Source: Octopus bimaculoides
Taxonomy: Eukaryota
Direction of reading: 5' to 3'
DNA: 64,000 nucleotides
NCBI RefSeq assembly: GCF_001194135.2
Contig: NC_068984.1
Location: forward strand, 10,794,601-10,858,600
Shown here: positions 37,701 to 50,597 of the stretch, piece after piece
How the letters are laid out: each line of letters begins with the position of its first letter
Position numbering within the stretch: the first letter of the stretch is position 1
Translations under genes and position numbers: made by a program
The notes under the pieces: model-generated
What the model saw: only the letters and a program-made list of their open reading frames with translations
Database searches by the model: none
What the model was told of the DNA's origin: nothing

Positions 37701-39244
37701 GTGTTCCAATGTTTTTCTATAGCTGGACACCCTTCCTCATACCAATTGCTTTACGAGGTTTACTTGGTGTTTTTTCATGGCACCAGCACTAGTGAGGTCA
37801 CTACACAGCTTGTGTGACTAAGACCCCCTTCGACAGAGTGGTGCTAAAATAAAGATGGGGGTTTTATGCTAAGAGGTGAGAGGTTAAAGCATGAGAGAAG
37901 GGATCAAAACAGAAGAGGTTTCTTGCTGCAGAGAAGCTACATGGCTTCTCTCATATTTTAGAAGAAAGGTGGAGGTAGAAAGCAATAAAAATAACGGTAG
38001 TGAGATGTCAGAGTAAGCCCTCAAGATAAGAGGTGAGTAGAAGTGCATGGGGACAGGCCCCAAGAGGTCGTGAGAGTATATGGGAGAGTGAAATATAAAG
38101 AATGGGTAAAATCTGAATGTGAACAAGATGGAAGTGTCTTGAAGTGTCCTCTCTGCATACATTGAGTGCCAAAATAAAGAAACATTGATTAAATGAAGAT
38201 TTGGTTAGTGTTCAATCAGTAGCCATTTCTCTTTAAATCTTTTCCTTCTTGACAGCCCTTTTAATTTTTGAGGCAGTCTCTTTTGAGAGCTTCACATGGA
38301 AACAAAACCTTATTTAGTCATTTTTTTAAATAAAATTGGTAAAAAGAAAAATATTAAGTAAAGCAATGAAGAAAGCTTAAAATCTAAACCAGTGGGTTCC
38401 AAGAGGAGCTAAATCTCCTTTTAAGGGGGAATGCTAAGAGTCATGAAGAGGGCAGTGAACAGTATGTAAATTTTGATTTTAATGACAGCTACTATCTGCA
38501 TTACATAAGGGTATACACGGGGGAACATAAGTATCCTTATATTGTAGGTGTTCAGTAAAAAGGTAGGAGGTAGGAAAAAATTGCCCTAAACTCTTAGATT
38601 AAGGAACTGCTGTTACCATTAATGGAATGTCAGTTGTTTAATGACACCCTCCTCAGAATAAATATCTGATTGTCACAAATAAGGTTGTATAGTTTAGAAA
38701 TACTATTAAATTCTTCTGTAAAATGGCTGTCTTTTGGTTGAATCTAAATGAGGGAAATTTTAAAGTGATTTGGTTGTCCTAGTTGCCAAAATTATTGTCT
38801 TCAGGCTAGAGTGTTGGTGACTTACATTTGCCTGTTGAGTTTGTCAGATGTGCCACTGCATTCAAATCTTAAACAAGAATTTCTCTTTACATATCCAGAT
38901 TAATTTATGAGACATATCTGACATCATATAGTTGCAATCTAGCATTTTCTTTTGTAAAGATATTTCTTTCAAAATTTTGCACAAAGCCAGTTATTATAGT
39001 GGGAGGGATTAGTTGATTACATTGACCCCAATGGTCAACTAGTACTCATTTAATTGACCCCAAAAGGATGAAAGGTAAAGTTGACCTTGGCAGAATTTGA
39101 ACCCAGAATGTAAAGAGCTGGAAGAAATGTGGCTAAGCATTTTGTTTGCTACACCAATGACTCTGCCACCTTGTGGCCCTTTTTTTTTTTTCGTAGGTTT
39201 TTGTAAAGGTATTACATATTACAAATATTTCTTTTTAAAATGTA

Positions 39245-39525
39245 TATTATTATTATTCCTTCATAACACAGTGTTGGTAAAAATGCACTGGAGTCTTTAG
39301 TTATCTGTCAATTCACAACAAGGGCCTCAAACAGATAATACTTTCCTTAAGATGTGCACTGTCCCCAATAAGGCTGCTTTTTGCAAGACATCAATCTTGC
39401 ATGGGATTTCCAGTTGCCTTAAGAAGTCTTGAAGTTTCAATGGGATTGAACCCAGCACATTGATCACCACTGGTATCACTTTTACATTGCCCTTTCAGAC
39501 TTTTTTGGTAGCATTTTGGATGTTG
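39245..39525 (-). mobile_element. R4/Dong-type 3' end, second family
   Basis: Minus strand reads KVIPVVINVLGSIPLKLQDFLRQLEIPCKIDVLQKAALLGTVHILRKVLSV* (stop at 39327-29), with an (AAT)n tail. Confidence 0.8.
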
Positions 39526-39539
39526 CGCTGAGTGCACCT

Positions 39540-39850
39540 ATTATTATTATTATTGTTGTTATCATTTTCTCTTTATCACAAGTTTTGTTGGAGCTCCTGG
39601 AGTCTTGCATGCGTAACGAGCTTGCTACCTGCAGCCTACAGCACCATGCTATCCGTTCTTTTCAGCTATCTAATACTTTCCTGATTATTCTTCCCGTGCC
39701 AAGGAGGCAAACCTTTTGTAACAGTTCTACTGGGCACTCTATTCCAGTTTCCTTTATATTCCTCTTGATGCCTTCTGATACTGTTTCCGTGGACCCATCA
39801 ATAATTGGCACTATTTTCACCTTCTTCATTTTCCATAATTATTATTATTA
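39540..39850 (-). mobile_element. R4/Dong-type 3' end, third family
   Basis: Minus strand reads LWKMKKVKIVPIIDGSTETVSEGIKRNIKETGIECPVELLQKVCLLGTGRIIRKVLDS*, with (AAT)n on both sides. Confidence 0.75.
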
Positions 39851-40216
39851 TTATCATTATCATTATTTTCTCTCCAAGTGTGAGCATATGTAAATAATGT
39901 ACATAATTCCTCATCTTTTAAATATAGAACTGTATTACTCTGTAAAGTGTTTAGCATTAACAAAGGCACCTGTAAAAACCATGTGACAACAGACAATTGG
40001 AGTCTGGACAGCTTTCCAGTTAGCCAGCCCCTATCAAACCATCCAACCCATGGCAGCATGGAAAATGGATCTTAAACAACGATGATGATTGTTGCTAGTA
40101 TTATTATTATTTCATATTCTTTATGTAATGTTTTTAAAAAATATATTTTCTTTTCCTAATCCACTGATTTAGTGTTTATCCTAAAACTGTAACTTTGATT
40201 TTCAAATTATCTTCAG

Positions 40217-40336
40217 GTACCACACGTTGCCCTCGACCAGGAGAAATTAACGGAGTTCATTATACATTTCTTACTGCTGAAGAATTTGTGACCCTTGAGA
40301 AAAATGGCAGTCTATTAGAAAGTGGAATATTTGATG
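40217..40336 (+). CDS. MAGI: Next MAGI coding exon; guanylate-kinase-like domain
   Basis: Acceptor tatcttcAG at 40215-16, donor GTGAGT at 40337. The 120-nt phase 1/1 exon splices in frame to 9296 (T+GT = Cys) and gives CTTRCPRPGEINGVHYTFLTAEEFVTLEKNGSLLESGIFD(G), the GK motif TTRxPRxGExxGxxYxF. Confidence 0.93.
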
Positions 40337-40715
40337 GTGAGTTTGAAATGAAGTTTATTTATTCTTATATATTGTTTGTTTTTATGTTCATTTATAATAA
40401 AAACAACTTTACATTAATCTGATGAGTTTCTCTGTACTTTTATAGAGAGTACAAACTTATTACTGTTATATACAAGAACGTTGTTGAAAGTTTCAACCAG
40501 CTAAGCTATTGTTGGACTGTCTGACAGTGGCTTACCTGGCTGAAACATCAAAGTCATTGGTGCTCCAGCATGACAGCAGCTTCATGGCTGGAACAAATAA
40601 AAGAATAAATACAAACCAGCTCTTTCTCTATCAGCACACGTTAATTTCATGAGCAGGCTGTTCCGTTGAGTGGATCAACTGAAACCCTCGTCATCATAAC
40701 CGATGGAGTGCCACA

Positions 40716-40793
<78 letters not shown>

Positions 40794-40995
40794 GCACACA
40801 CATATATATACATATGTGTGTGTGTATATATATATACATATAATTTAGAGAAAATAACCAAAGTTCATGAACTCATCCATGAAAATCCACAGTCACATAT
40901 AGAAAAATTTAATAAGTAAATACATTAAAAAGAACTATAATAAAATACAAAGTAATAATCAATAAAATAATAAAATATATATATAAAATAATATA

Positions 40996-41028
<33 letters not shown>

Positions 41029-41814
41029 ACACATACCTATATATATACATATNNNNNNNNNNACAACCATCCAGATTTCTGAGTACCTTAATTTTTTTCT
41101 ATAATATAATTCCTGTACATCCCCTCCAAACCTTCCAATATATATACTATATATACACACATATACATATATATATATATATATATGTACACGTACATAC
41201 ATGCTTCAATGTATATGGATCCAGTACTTAGTAAGTAGTCTGACTGCTGGCTTTGTTGTTGTTGTTTTTTATTTTTATCTGCTTGTGGAATCTCTTGAAC
41301 TACCTGAACACAATCTACTTCTGCTGACTTCACTCATAAGAAATATGTCGAGCTTCATCTTCCACAGTTTAAAGATGTGAATCTTGTGTCGAAGAACCAA
41401 GTCATTGTAAACTGGTGTGGATAAATAAATAATTTATATTTATCCGTTCACTCAACTATAATAAATGGCCATTTGACTAATCCTTATCAAAGATGTCCAC
41501 CAGGCGATGATTGATTAGCTCTGTTGACTTTCAAGGAAGCTGTGATATTCAGGAAATTCTCAAAGACATTATCATGTTAAGTGCATTAACTTCTGTGAGT
41601 GAGAAAACCAAAATCACATCGCATATTCCGGTTATTAAGGACTTATTAGCTGACATTTAGTGACTGCTTCTGTCTGGTGGTAGTAATAGTAGTAGTAGTA
41701 GTAGTAGTAGCAGCAGCAGCAGCAGCAGTAATAGTGGCAGTGGCGGCGGCATTGCTCTCAACTATTATGATTATTTTTACAATAAATATTCCTTTTATTA
41801 TATTAATAATCCTT

Positions 41815-42026
41815 TCTGCTATAGGCCCAAGGCCTGAAATGAGGGGGAAAGGATAGTCGATTTCATCGACCCTAGTGCTTCACTGGTACTTAATTTATTG
41901 ACCGTGAAAGGATGAAAGGCAAAGCAGAATTTGAACTCAGAGCGTAGCAATGGCAAAATACTGCTAAGCATTTTGCCCAGTGTGCTAATGATTCTGCCAG
42001 CTCACTGCCTTAATAATAATAATAAT

Positions 42027-42059
<33 letters not shown>

Positions 42060-42690
42060 AATTTCAAATTTTTGCCATAAGGGCAGCTTGGGGGAGGTGA
42101 GGATAAGTCGATTACATCAACCCCCAGTACTCAACTGGTACTTATTTAATCGACCCTGAAAGAATGAAAGGCAAAGCCGACCTCAGTGGAATCTGAACTC
42201 AGAACGTAGCAATGGGTGAAACGCTGCTAAGCATTTCACTTAGCACACTAACAGTTCTGCCAGCTCTCTGCCTTAAAAATAATAATAGTAAGAACAATAA
42301 TAATAATAATAATTTCAAATTTTTACCACAAGAGCAGCTTGGGGGAGGTGGAGATGAGTCGATTACATTGACCTCCACGGTTCAACTGGTACTTGATTTA
42401 TTGACCCCAAAAGGATGAAAGGCAAAGTCAACCCTGTTGGAATTTGAATAATAATAATGCTTTCAAATTTTGGCACAAAGCCAGCAATTTCAGGGTAACG
42501 AGGCCTAAACTTTTAAGAGAGGGGAGCCAGTTGATTACATCAACCCCAGCACTCGACTGGTACTTATTTTATTGACCCTGAAAGGATGAAGGGCTAAGTC
42601 AACCTTGGCAGATTTTGAACTCAGAACATAAGGGCAGATGAATTGTCACTAAGCATTTTGTCCAGTGTGCTAACAATTCTGTCAGCTCAT
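41815..42690 (-). mobile_element. Head-to-tail array of four family C SINEs separated by (AAT)n/(AAC)n
   Basis: The core GGTACTTA..GACCC..AAAG(G/A)ATGAA(A/G)GGC occurs four times in the same orientation. Confidence 0.85.
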
Positions 42691-42691
42691 C

Positions 42692-42730
<39 letters not shown>

Positions 42731-43156
42731 TAGTGAATGATAATAAGATGATGATGATGAAGAAGAAGAGGAAACTTGCCACCTTGAGCAAGTGCCTTCT
42801 ATTATAGCTTTGGGTCAACCAGAGCCTTGTGAGTGGATTTGGTTGATGAAACTGAAAGAATTCCGTTGTGTGTGTGTGTGTGTGTCACCCACTACCACTT
42901 GAAAACTAGTGTTGGTGTGTTTACATCCCCATAACTTAGCAGTTTGGCAAAAGAAGACTAATGGAATAAGTACCAAGCTTAAAAAAAAAAATAGATGCTG
43001 GAGCTAAATTCTTCATGGCTGTGCCCCAGCATGGCCACAGTCTAATGGCTAAAACAAGTAAAAAAATGGTGAAAGTGGATGGGCATTTGGATGGGCTGCC
43101 TTCCACCTTGTTGGAGTCTGTTAAACTGTCCAACCCATGCCAGCATAGAATACAGC

Positions 43157-43303
43157 ATTGGGCCTTACGGGGACAAAGTGGCTGAGTTCCTCTTGAGCGT
43201 TGGACCTCACGGAAGCAGAGTGGCTGAGTTCCTTTTAAGCATTGAGCCTCACAGAGGCAGATTGGCTGAGTTCCTTTCAAGTGTTAGGCCTCACAGAGCA
43301 TGG
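43157..43303 (+). repeat. 42-bp minisatellite (about 3.5 units)
   Basis: TGGCTGAGTTCC starts at 43179, 43221 and 43263. A single unit occurs in an RTE UTR fragment at about 24310-24352. Confidence 0.85.
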
Positions 43304-43797
43304 CAAGAGAGATTTTGGCACAGTTGTTTTGGCACTGCTTATTTGGCATCACTGATTTGATGATGACTTATTTGACATCAGACGTTTTAATGTTTCTCTC
43401 ACTCTCTCCTTCTACCCCCCCCCCTCTCTCACTGTTTATGTGTGTGAGCGTATTTCTTTTTATGAATATGAAGAGAGAGGAAGGCATTTATGTCAGTCAT
43501 ATTGAATTAATAAATTTTAATATCTCCTTCTTTCTCTTTCTGTCTTTAAGTGTAGGTTAGTGTGCGTGTGTGTGTACATGTGTGATTACCTTCACTACCA
43601 GAAAACACTGTTGCTAAAACAGGTTGAGTGTCCAGTGAGCCATGTCAAATTTTCAGCATCCAATCAACCATACCCAATCATCTCATTCCATGCCAAGCAT
43701 GCTACTTACTGTACATCATCAATAGTTTGCTTATTAATTAACATAAAAGTAATCAACTTAGAAATTTCCTACATCTTAGATTTGTTTGAGAACACTG

Positions 43798-43847
<50 letters not shown>

Positions 43848-46800
43848 GCTCTGTAGTTCTGTATTAATAATCACAACAAGCATAACATTTGGGTGTTTGA
43901 GAGGTGGACGGTATTTTATTCTTCAAGCAACCAATGTGTCCATAACATGATGTCAGCTACCATCATGTCTACAGCTTTTGACCTCCATAAAAGCTAATCT
44001 AATTAACAGTGGAATATTGACTGCTTTAGAAATATGCCAATGAATTGCCAAAATAGTTGTTTTTTATATTTAGGCCCAAGTCTGATTGACCAGACCCATG
44101 ATCAAAGACTTTCCAGCCGTAGCCATCCCATCTTTTCACAGGTTCCAATGGCTCTTTTTATTTTTTTCCTACATCCATTGAGTGTGAATTGAGGGAGACT
44201 TGCCTACTATTTCTAATTCAAAGGACAGCACAGACAGTTCCTCTTACCAAAATAGTTCTACAAATATATAGAATGACTACATGCTTGGCAACACCAACCA
44301 AAGTAATTTACTACTTTGTCGATGAGTAATACATGTGAATTCTTAGCATCGCTCACCTTCTCCTATGTCTGGAATCTGACAACATTTGATGCCATCGTAG
44401 TTGAATTAGTTACATATCATTTACATGTTTTGTCTGCAAATGTTTAGCTTGAATTCCTCACTATTTCTATGGCGGTAGGATCAAATTAGTTTTGATGAGC
44501 ACTTTAAGTCTACTGGTTGACGAGTTATATATAGCTGTGTGGTTAAGATGTTTGCTTCTTGACTACATGGTTTCAGGTCCAATCTCACTGCTCGGCACAT
44601 TGGGCAGGTCATTATCATCGTTTAACGTCTGCTTTCCATGCTAGCATGGGTTGGACGATTTGACTGAGGACTGGCAAACCAGAAGGCTGCACCAGGTTCC
44701 AATCTGATTTGGCAGAGTTTCTACAGCTGGATGCCCTTCCTAATGCCAAACACTTCGAGAGTGTAGTGGGTGCTTTTACGTGCCACCGGCACAAGGGTGT
44801 CTTTTACTATACACTGTGCTGACCAAAGCCTTGTGAATGGATTCGACATACAGAAACTGAAAACCTGTTATGCTTGTGAGTTTATCTATGTGTGTGTGTG
44901 TGTGTGTCTCCTTGTCTTGACATCACATCATAATCTTGTAATGCCTGTTTTCTAAGCTGGCATGGGTTGGACATTTACGACTCTTGCATGTTAGTTGTAA
45001 ACGAGTGTCACCGTCATACAAGCAGTGTCATTCGTTTCCAATCTTCTGCAAAAATATGTCTGGCCATGAAGAAATATCACCTTGCTTGGAAATGAGTTAA
45101 GGTTTGGTTTAAGGAAGGGAACTCAGCTGTTGAAAGTCTGGCTCAGTAAACTCAGACATGGGAAAATATACGCACGAGTATGTGTTTGTATGTGTGCGTG
45201 TGCGTTTGTTTATACTTGAGTGTGATTCCTTGTGCATGAATCTTTGCATATGCATCTTATGCATGTTTGTGTATGTATGCGTCTGTTAATGCATGATCTT
45301 GAGTGTGTGTGTATACATACATACATACATACATACATACATAAATACATATATATATATATATATANNNNNNNNNNNNNNNNNNNNNNNNNNNNNNNNN
45401 NNNNNNNNNNNNNNNNNNNNNNNNNNNNNNNNNNNNNNNNNNNNNNNNNNNNNNNNNNNNNNNNNNNNNNNNNNNNNNNNNNNNNNNNNNNNNNNNNNNN
45501 NNNNNNNNNNNNNNNNNNNNNNNNNTCTTTTAAGCAAAATAATATATTCCTCTATACACAATCATACAAAAAACCCCCACCTTTTTTGTATTTATTTTTA
45601 CTCGCATATATATATATATATATATATATATTTCTTTATTGCCCACAAAGGGCTAAACACAGAGGGGACAAACAAGGACAGACAAAGGGATTAAGTCGAT
45701 TACATCAACCCCCTGACTGACTCTCATACTGGTGGCACGTTAAAAAGCACTTGCTACACTCTCGGAGTGGTTAGCGTTAGGAAGGGCATCCAGCTGTAGG
45801 AACCTTGCCAGATCAGATTGGAGCCTGGTGCAGTCTCCTGGCTTGCCAGTCCTCAGTCAAACCGTCAAACCTATACCAGCATGGAAAGTGGATGTTAAAC
45901 GGCGGCAGTGGTGTGTGTGTGTATTTGTACACCCTGTTGCCATCACAATGGTAGCAGTGTAAATATATTTTGTCAGTTAAATGATACTCTTATAAGGAAA
46001 TTGATTTCAGACATAACTGATCTAGAAAACTTATCTGCTTTATTTGCTCATTAACTCATTTCTTATTTATGGAATTATACAAAGATAATCATCAGGTCTT
46101 GAAGAACCCTTTGTCAGATTGGCTCCAAAGATTTCACAGATCTTCCATCTACATCTAACTAATTATTTGATTTGAGAGCTTAATCAAACAAATTCTCCAG
46201 CTAATTAGTAAGGCGTCAGTTGGCAACACACTCCAACCAACCAACCCCTAACCCCTCTGATGCCTCCTCTCTCTGTTCTACTTCTATTACAACAGCCTGT
46301 TCTCCTCAAACCCAGATAGTTATTCTACCATCTCCAGTCATGCCCACCCTGACTTCTTTGTTTCTCCTCTTCCCATCACCCATATCATGTCCTAGAACCC
46401 ACATTTGTCACCCTACTCACCAATAGAGTGTCAGATTAAACCCCTTCTATTTGCTCTGACTCCTTGAATGTTGAGTTCAATTCCTGCCAAGGTCAACTTT
46501 GTCTTTCGTACTCCTGGGGTCAGGAAAGTGCATACCTAGAAGTGATGGACTGGCAGAATCATTAAACCATTAAATGGGATTCCTTGCTATATTTGTTCCC
46601 ACTTCTTGTATCTTGGGTTCAATTCCTGCTGAGGTCAACTTTGCCTTTTGTAGTCCTAAGGTCAGTAATCTACTAGCCTAGTGTGGTAGACTGGTAAAAT
46701 TTGTAGAGGATCAGACAGGATACCTTGTAGTATTTAATCCAGCTCCTTTAGTTCTGAGTTCAAATCCCACCATATCCTACATGTGTGACAAACTTAATCC

Positions 46801-46939
46801 ATTTCCTGCTTTAACACCCCCACCTGGCACCTCGGCTTCCTTTAGTAGGGTCCACTCTATTACAAGCATTTGGGCCAGGTCTCTAATTTCAGGATACCGT
46901 CATCTCAGAAGTCTTGGAGGACCTGAAACAGGTTGTGTC

Positions 46940-47140
46940 TGTCCCTCCTGTATTTCATCATTTTATGTCCACATTCCATACTGGCAGGGGTCGGATGATG
47001 CGACAGGATTCAGTGGGTCATGGAGCTTTAGGTGTTTTCGCTCAATAAACACTCACAACGCCTGGCCTGGGAATTGAAACCGCGAACCGATGTCCGTGAG
47101 TCCGCTGCCCTAACCACTGGACCATTGCGCCTCCACATCA
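46940..47140 (-). mobile_element. tRNA-derived SINE, family E head with RTE-type tail
   Basis: Minus strand reads GGCGCAATGGTCCAGTGGTTAGGGCAGCGGACTC..GGTTTCAATTCCC..GAGCGAAAACACCTAAAGCTCC, ending CCCCTGCCAGTATGGAATGTGGACATAAAATGATG. Confidence 0.6.
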
Positions 47141-48026
47141 AATATGTATAAACTGTCTCCTTGAATTCTTGTCTCTGCCTGAAATTTAAAGTTATTTTTT
47201 TCTTTCAAGTTTTCATTATTTCTTCAGTTTGTGAATTCTTCAGATAAGAACTTATTTCTTTAATAGCAAAATGCTTTTTTTTTTTTATGAATCTCATTTG
47301 TGAAACAATCCAAATACATACATACATACATATACATCACACACTCATACACACACACACACATATGTATACATACATACTTACACATATGTCCATCCTT
47401 TAAACATGCTTTTGATAACTGTTTTTTTTTTTCTTTTCCTATCAACAAGCTAACTAGCTGCTATCAATATTTTTTTTTTTCTTTCTATATTCTCATCAAA
47501 ACAAAAAGTTGCTCTAAACTTCCTCATTTGAATTGATCATGAAAAGATAAAATTTATAGATTTTGGCAGTCACCTGATTTCCATGAAAAGACAAGATTTG
47601 TTATGTTTGGAAGCTGAATTAGTTTCAGTGAAGCTGCTAGCTTCAAAGGAAGAACCTTAAGCCTAATTTATTGACAAGGTGTCATTTCAGCTATCATTAT
47701 ACACTGGCAGACAGTTAAAAAGATAAATGAAAGCTTGTGTGCATACTGAAAATGAACTTATATATTCCGTTTTAAAATGAAATATATCTCAATAAACCAA
47801 GAAAATTACACTACTTTATCTTAGGAAGTCACTTATGATAATATTTAAACATAAAATTTGGTGAAGTTCTGTTACTTCTTACTATGGCAATTTTACAAGA
47901 TTTTATGGTTGAAGGATCACACACATAGTATGAATTCATTATCACTTTAATAAAGAAAGAATGCTAATAGCAACAGTACACATTTTCAAATTTGATCAAC
48001 AGCAGAAAAGAATTTAGAAGTGTGCT

Positions 48027-48073
<47 letters not shown>

Positions 48074-48874
48074 CCTTTTCTTACATAACATAACAAGTTA
48101 CTGGGTGTCTTTCTCTTCTGTTGTGGCTCCATTCACTTGATAACTATTCAGTGACTGCGAGATAAATCAGATAATTGTATTTTTGAGCCAAGACAAGACA
48201 TTGCCATAGGATTCGCAGTCAGATTCACTAAATAACCAGAAGCTGGACCTGTTGGCAATTATGTACAGTGATTGATTTTATTCTCGTCAATGAGCTCAAA
48301 CACTGAGGCATGTACAAAGGCTTCTTTGAAGTTTCTCACCATAAACAAATAACCAAGCTGACTTTAAGTATTGTTGAACTTGATAATGTTATGATAATTT
48401 CATTGTCTTTATTGATTGTTGTTTAAAGTAAACTATTACAGTAAGCAAAATATTACGAGTAAACAAAGGAAATCTTATAGTAAATTGTTACATTTTTCTG
48501 GCTTTTTTTATATCAGTATTTGAAAAAAAATAATCTTCACAAGTGGCTTGAACTCCTAAAGTTACCAGGACTTCAATTCAGATTGAATCACTATGAATGG
48601 CCGCAAGGTAAAACTTTGTTTGGCAAGAGTGACATTCTGTTGCAAGAAAGCCTGTTAGCTGACAGTGGGACTCAATACAACACTGCTTCCTGCTCGATCC
48701 TGTCAATTCATCCAACTCATGAAAGCATGGAAAATAGATGTTAAATGGTGGTGATGATGATGATGATGTTGTGACTCGACTGAGGAATGTAGAAATGTTT
48801 TGCTCAGAAACAGTGAAACACTTATAATATGTTTGTTGAGATGAGCTAAAAATAAATACCTAATCCAGTGAGCC

Positions 48875-48911
<37 letters not shown>

Positions 48912-48923
48912 TGATGATGATGA

Positions 48924-49673
48924 AGAGAAATACAACTAGTTTTAAATATCTGAGTGAGAAATATATAGTTACACTACTGGATAGTAAAGTCTATTTGCCA
49001 ATATAAAGTGGCAGTCCTGCTTAGGATGATGTTATTATTTTTTAGCCCCAGGAAAGCATCTTTTCCAGCTAGCTACTGACACATCATCTGTGTCTGTATA
49101 CTGTGAGCAAGGGAGCTAATGCTCTCCCTCCAGCCTTAGTGATACCTGCAGACCAATGGTTTCTGGGTTATTTCCCTTTCTTGGTGCAGGACAATCACTG
49201 GCTAGAGATGGTAGCAACTCACCTCACTCACAGTATATACTTTTAAAGTGACACACAGTCACTGATCTTATAAAGAGAAAAACAACTAGTTTTAAATCTC
49301 TGAGCGAGAAATATGTAGTAACAGTACTGGTTAGTAAAGTCTATTTGCCAACGTAAAGTGGCAATCCTGCTTAGGACGATGTTACAACTGTTTAGCCCCA
49401 GGAAAACATCTTTTCCAGCTGGCTACCAACACGTCATCTACGTCAATATTCTGTGGGCAAGAGAGCTCATGCAGACCAATGGTTTCTCTTTATGAGATCA
49501 GTGACTGTATGTCACTTTAAAAGTATAAACAGTAAGTGAGGCAAGTTGCTACAATATACAGACACAGCTGATGTGTTGGTAACCGGCTGGAAAAGATGTT
49601 TTCTTGGGGCTAAACGGTAGTAACATCATCCTAAACAGGACTGATGCTTTACATTGGCAAATAGACTTTACTA
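48924..49673. repeat. Three copies of a ~350-bp unclassified repeat (+, + truncated, - with deletion)
   Basis: Shared AAGTCTATTTGCCAA..TTAG(C)CCCAGGAAA..CATCTTTTCCAGC at 48924-49272, 49273-49489 and, inverted, 49490-49673. Confidence 0.85.
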
Positions 49674-50597
49674 CTACTAATAATAATCCTTTCTACTAAA
49701 GGCCTGAAATTTTGGGAGAGGAGACTAGTCAATTACATCAACCCCAGTATTTAATAATAATAATTATCATTTAATCTCTGATTATCATGCCAGCATCAGT
49801 TGGATGGTTCAACAACTACTAACAACCCAGAGGACTGTGCCAATCAACAATATCTGCTTTGGCCTGCTTTCTTCAGTTGGATTCCCTTCCTAATGCCAGC
49901 CACTTTACAGAGTGTACTGGGTGCTGTTTTTGTGGCATTAGTAAAGTCACCAAGTCAAGTGGTTGTGGGGAACACACACACACACACACACAATGGGCTT
50001 CTTTCAGTTTCCGTCAGCCAAATCCACTGACAAGGCTTTGGTCATCCTGAGACTATAGTAGAAGACACTTGCCCAAGGTGCCACACAGCGGGACTGAACC
50101 TGGAACGTTTTTTTTCTTTTTTTTCAACAAAATACTTTTTGTGTCTTTTCATAATAAACAATTTGGAAGAATTTAATAGAATAACAGAGAGTTAATTATT
50201 TATCGATACATCAAATTAGTGTTTGGAAAACACCAATTTGATGTATAACAGGATGTTGATAATATAAGGTTGTATTTGCTGCAAAGCTGTACATGATGCT
50301 GTAAGGTGACTTTGTATCAAAGAAATAAGGGCAGGTTAGCATCGGTAGGGGCTTAACCTCTTGCTAGCTTCACTGCCGCCTTGCCATTTATAGAATAACC
50401 ATCAACCAGTTTTGGCAATGAAAGAAAAGAGAATCTTTTATAATGGAATAAGATCAACATTCAATGCTGTTATCGTTGTAGAACGTGGTGAGAATTATTA
50501 ATAACTGGCTGAGTAAAGTGCTACTGGTTCAACTTGTGTAATTATTGGAATATTACTTGGAATAATTGGATTGGTTGTGTTCGGTGGGGGGGGGCAG

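Noticed and set aside
47055-47140. tRNA gene candidate (also the heads at 6778, 16838, 21249 and 7260-7337)
   Set aside because: A and B boxes are present but there is no complete cloverleaf, and each head runs into a multi-copy SINE body.
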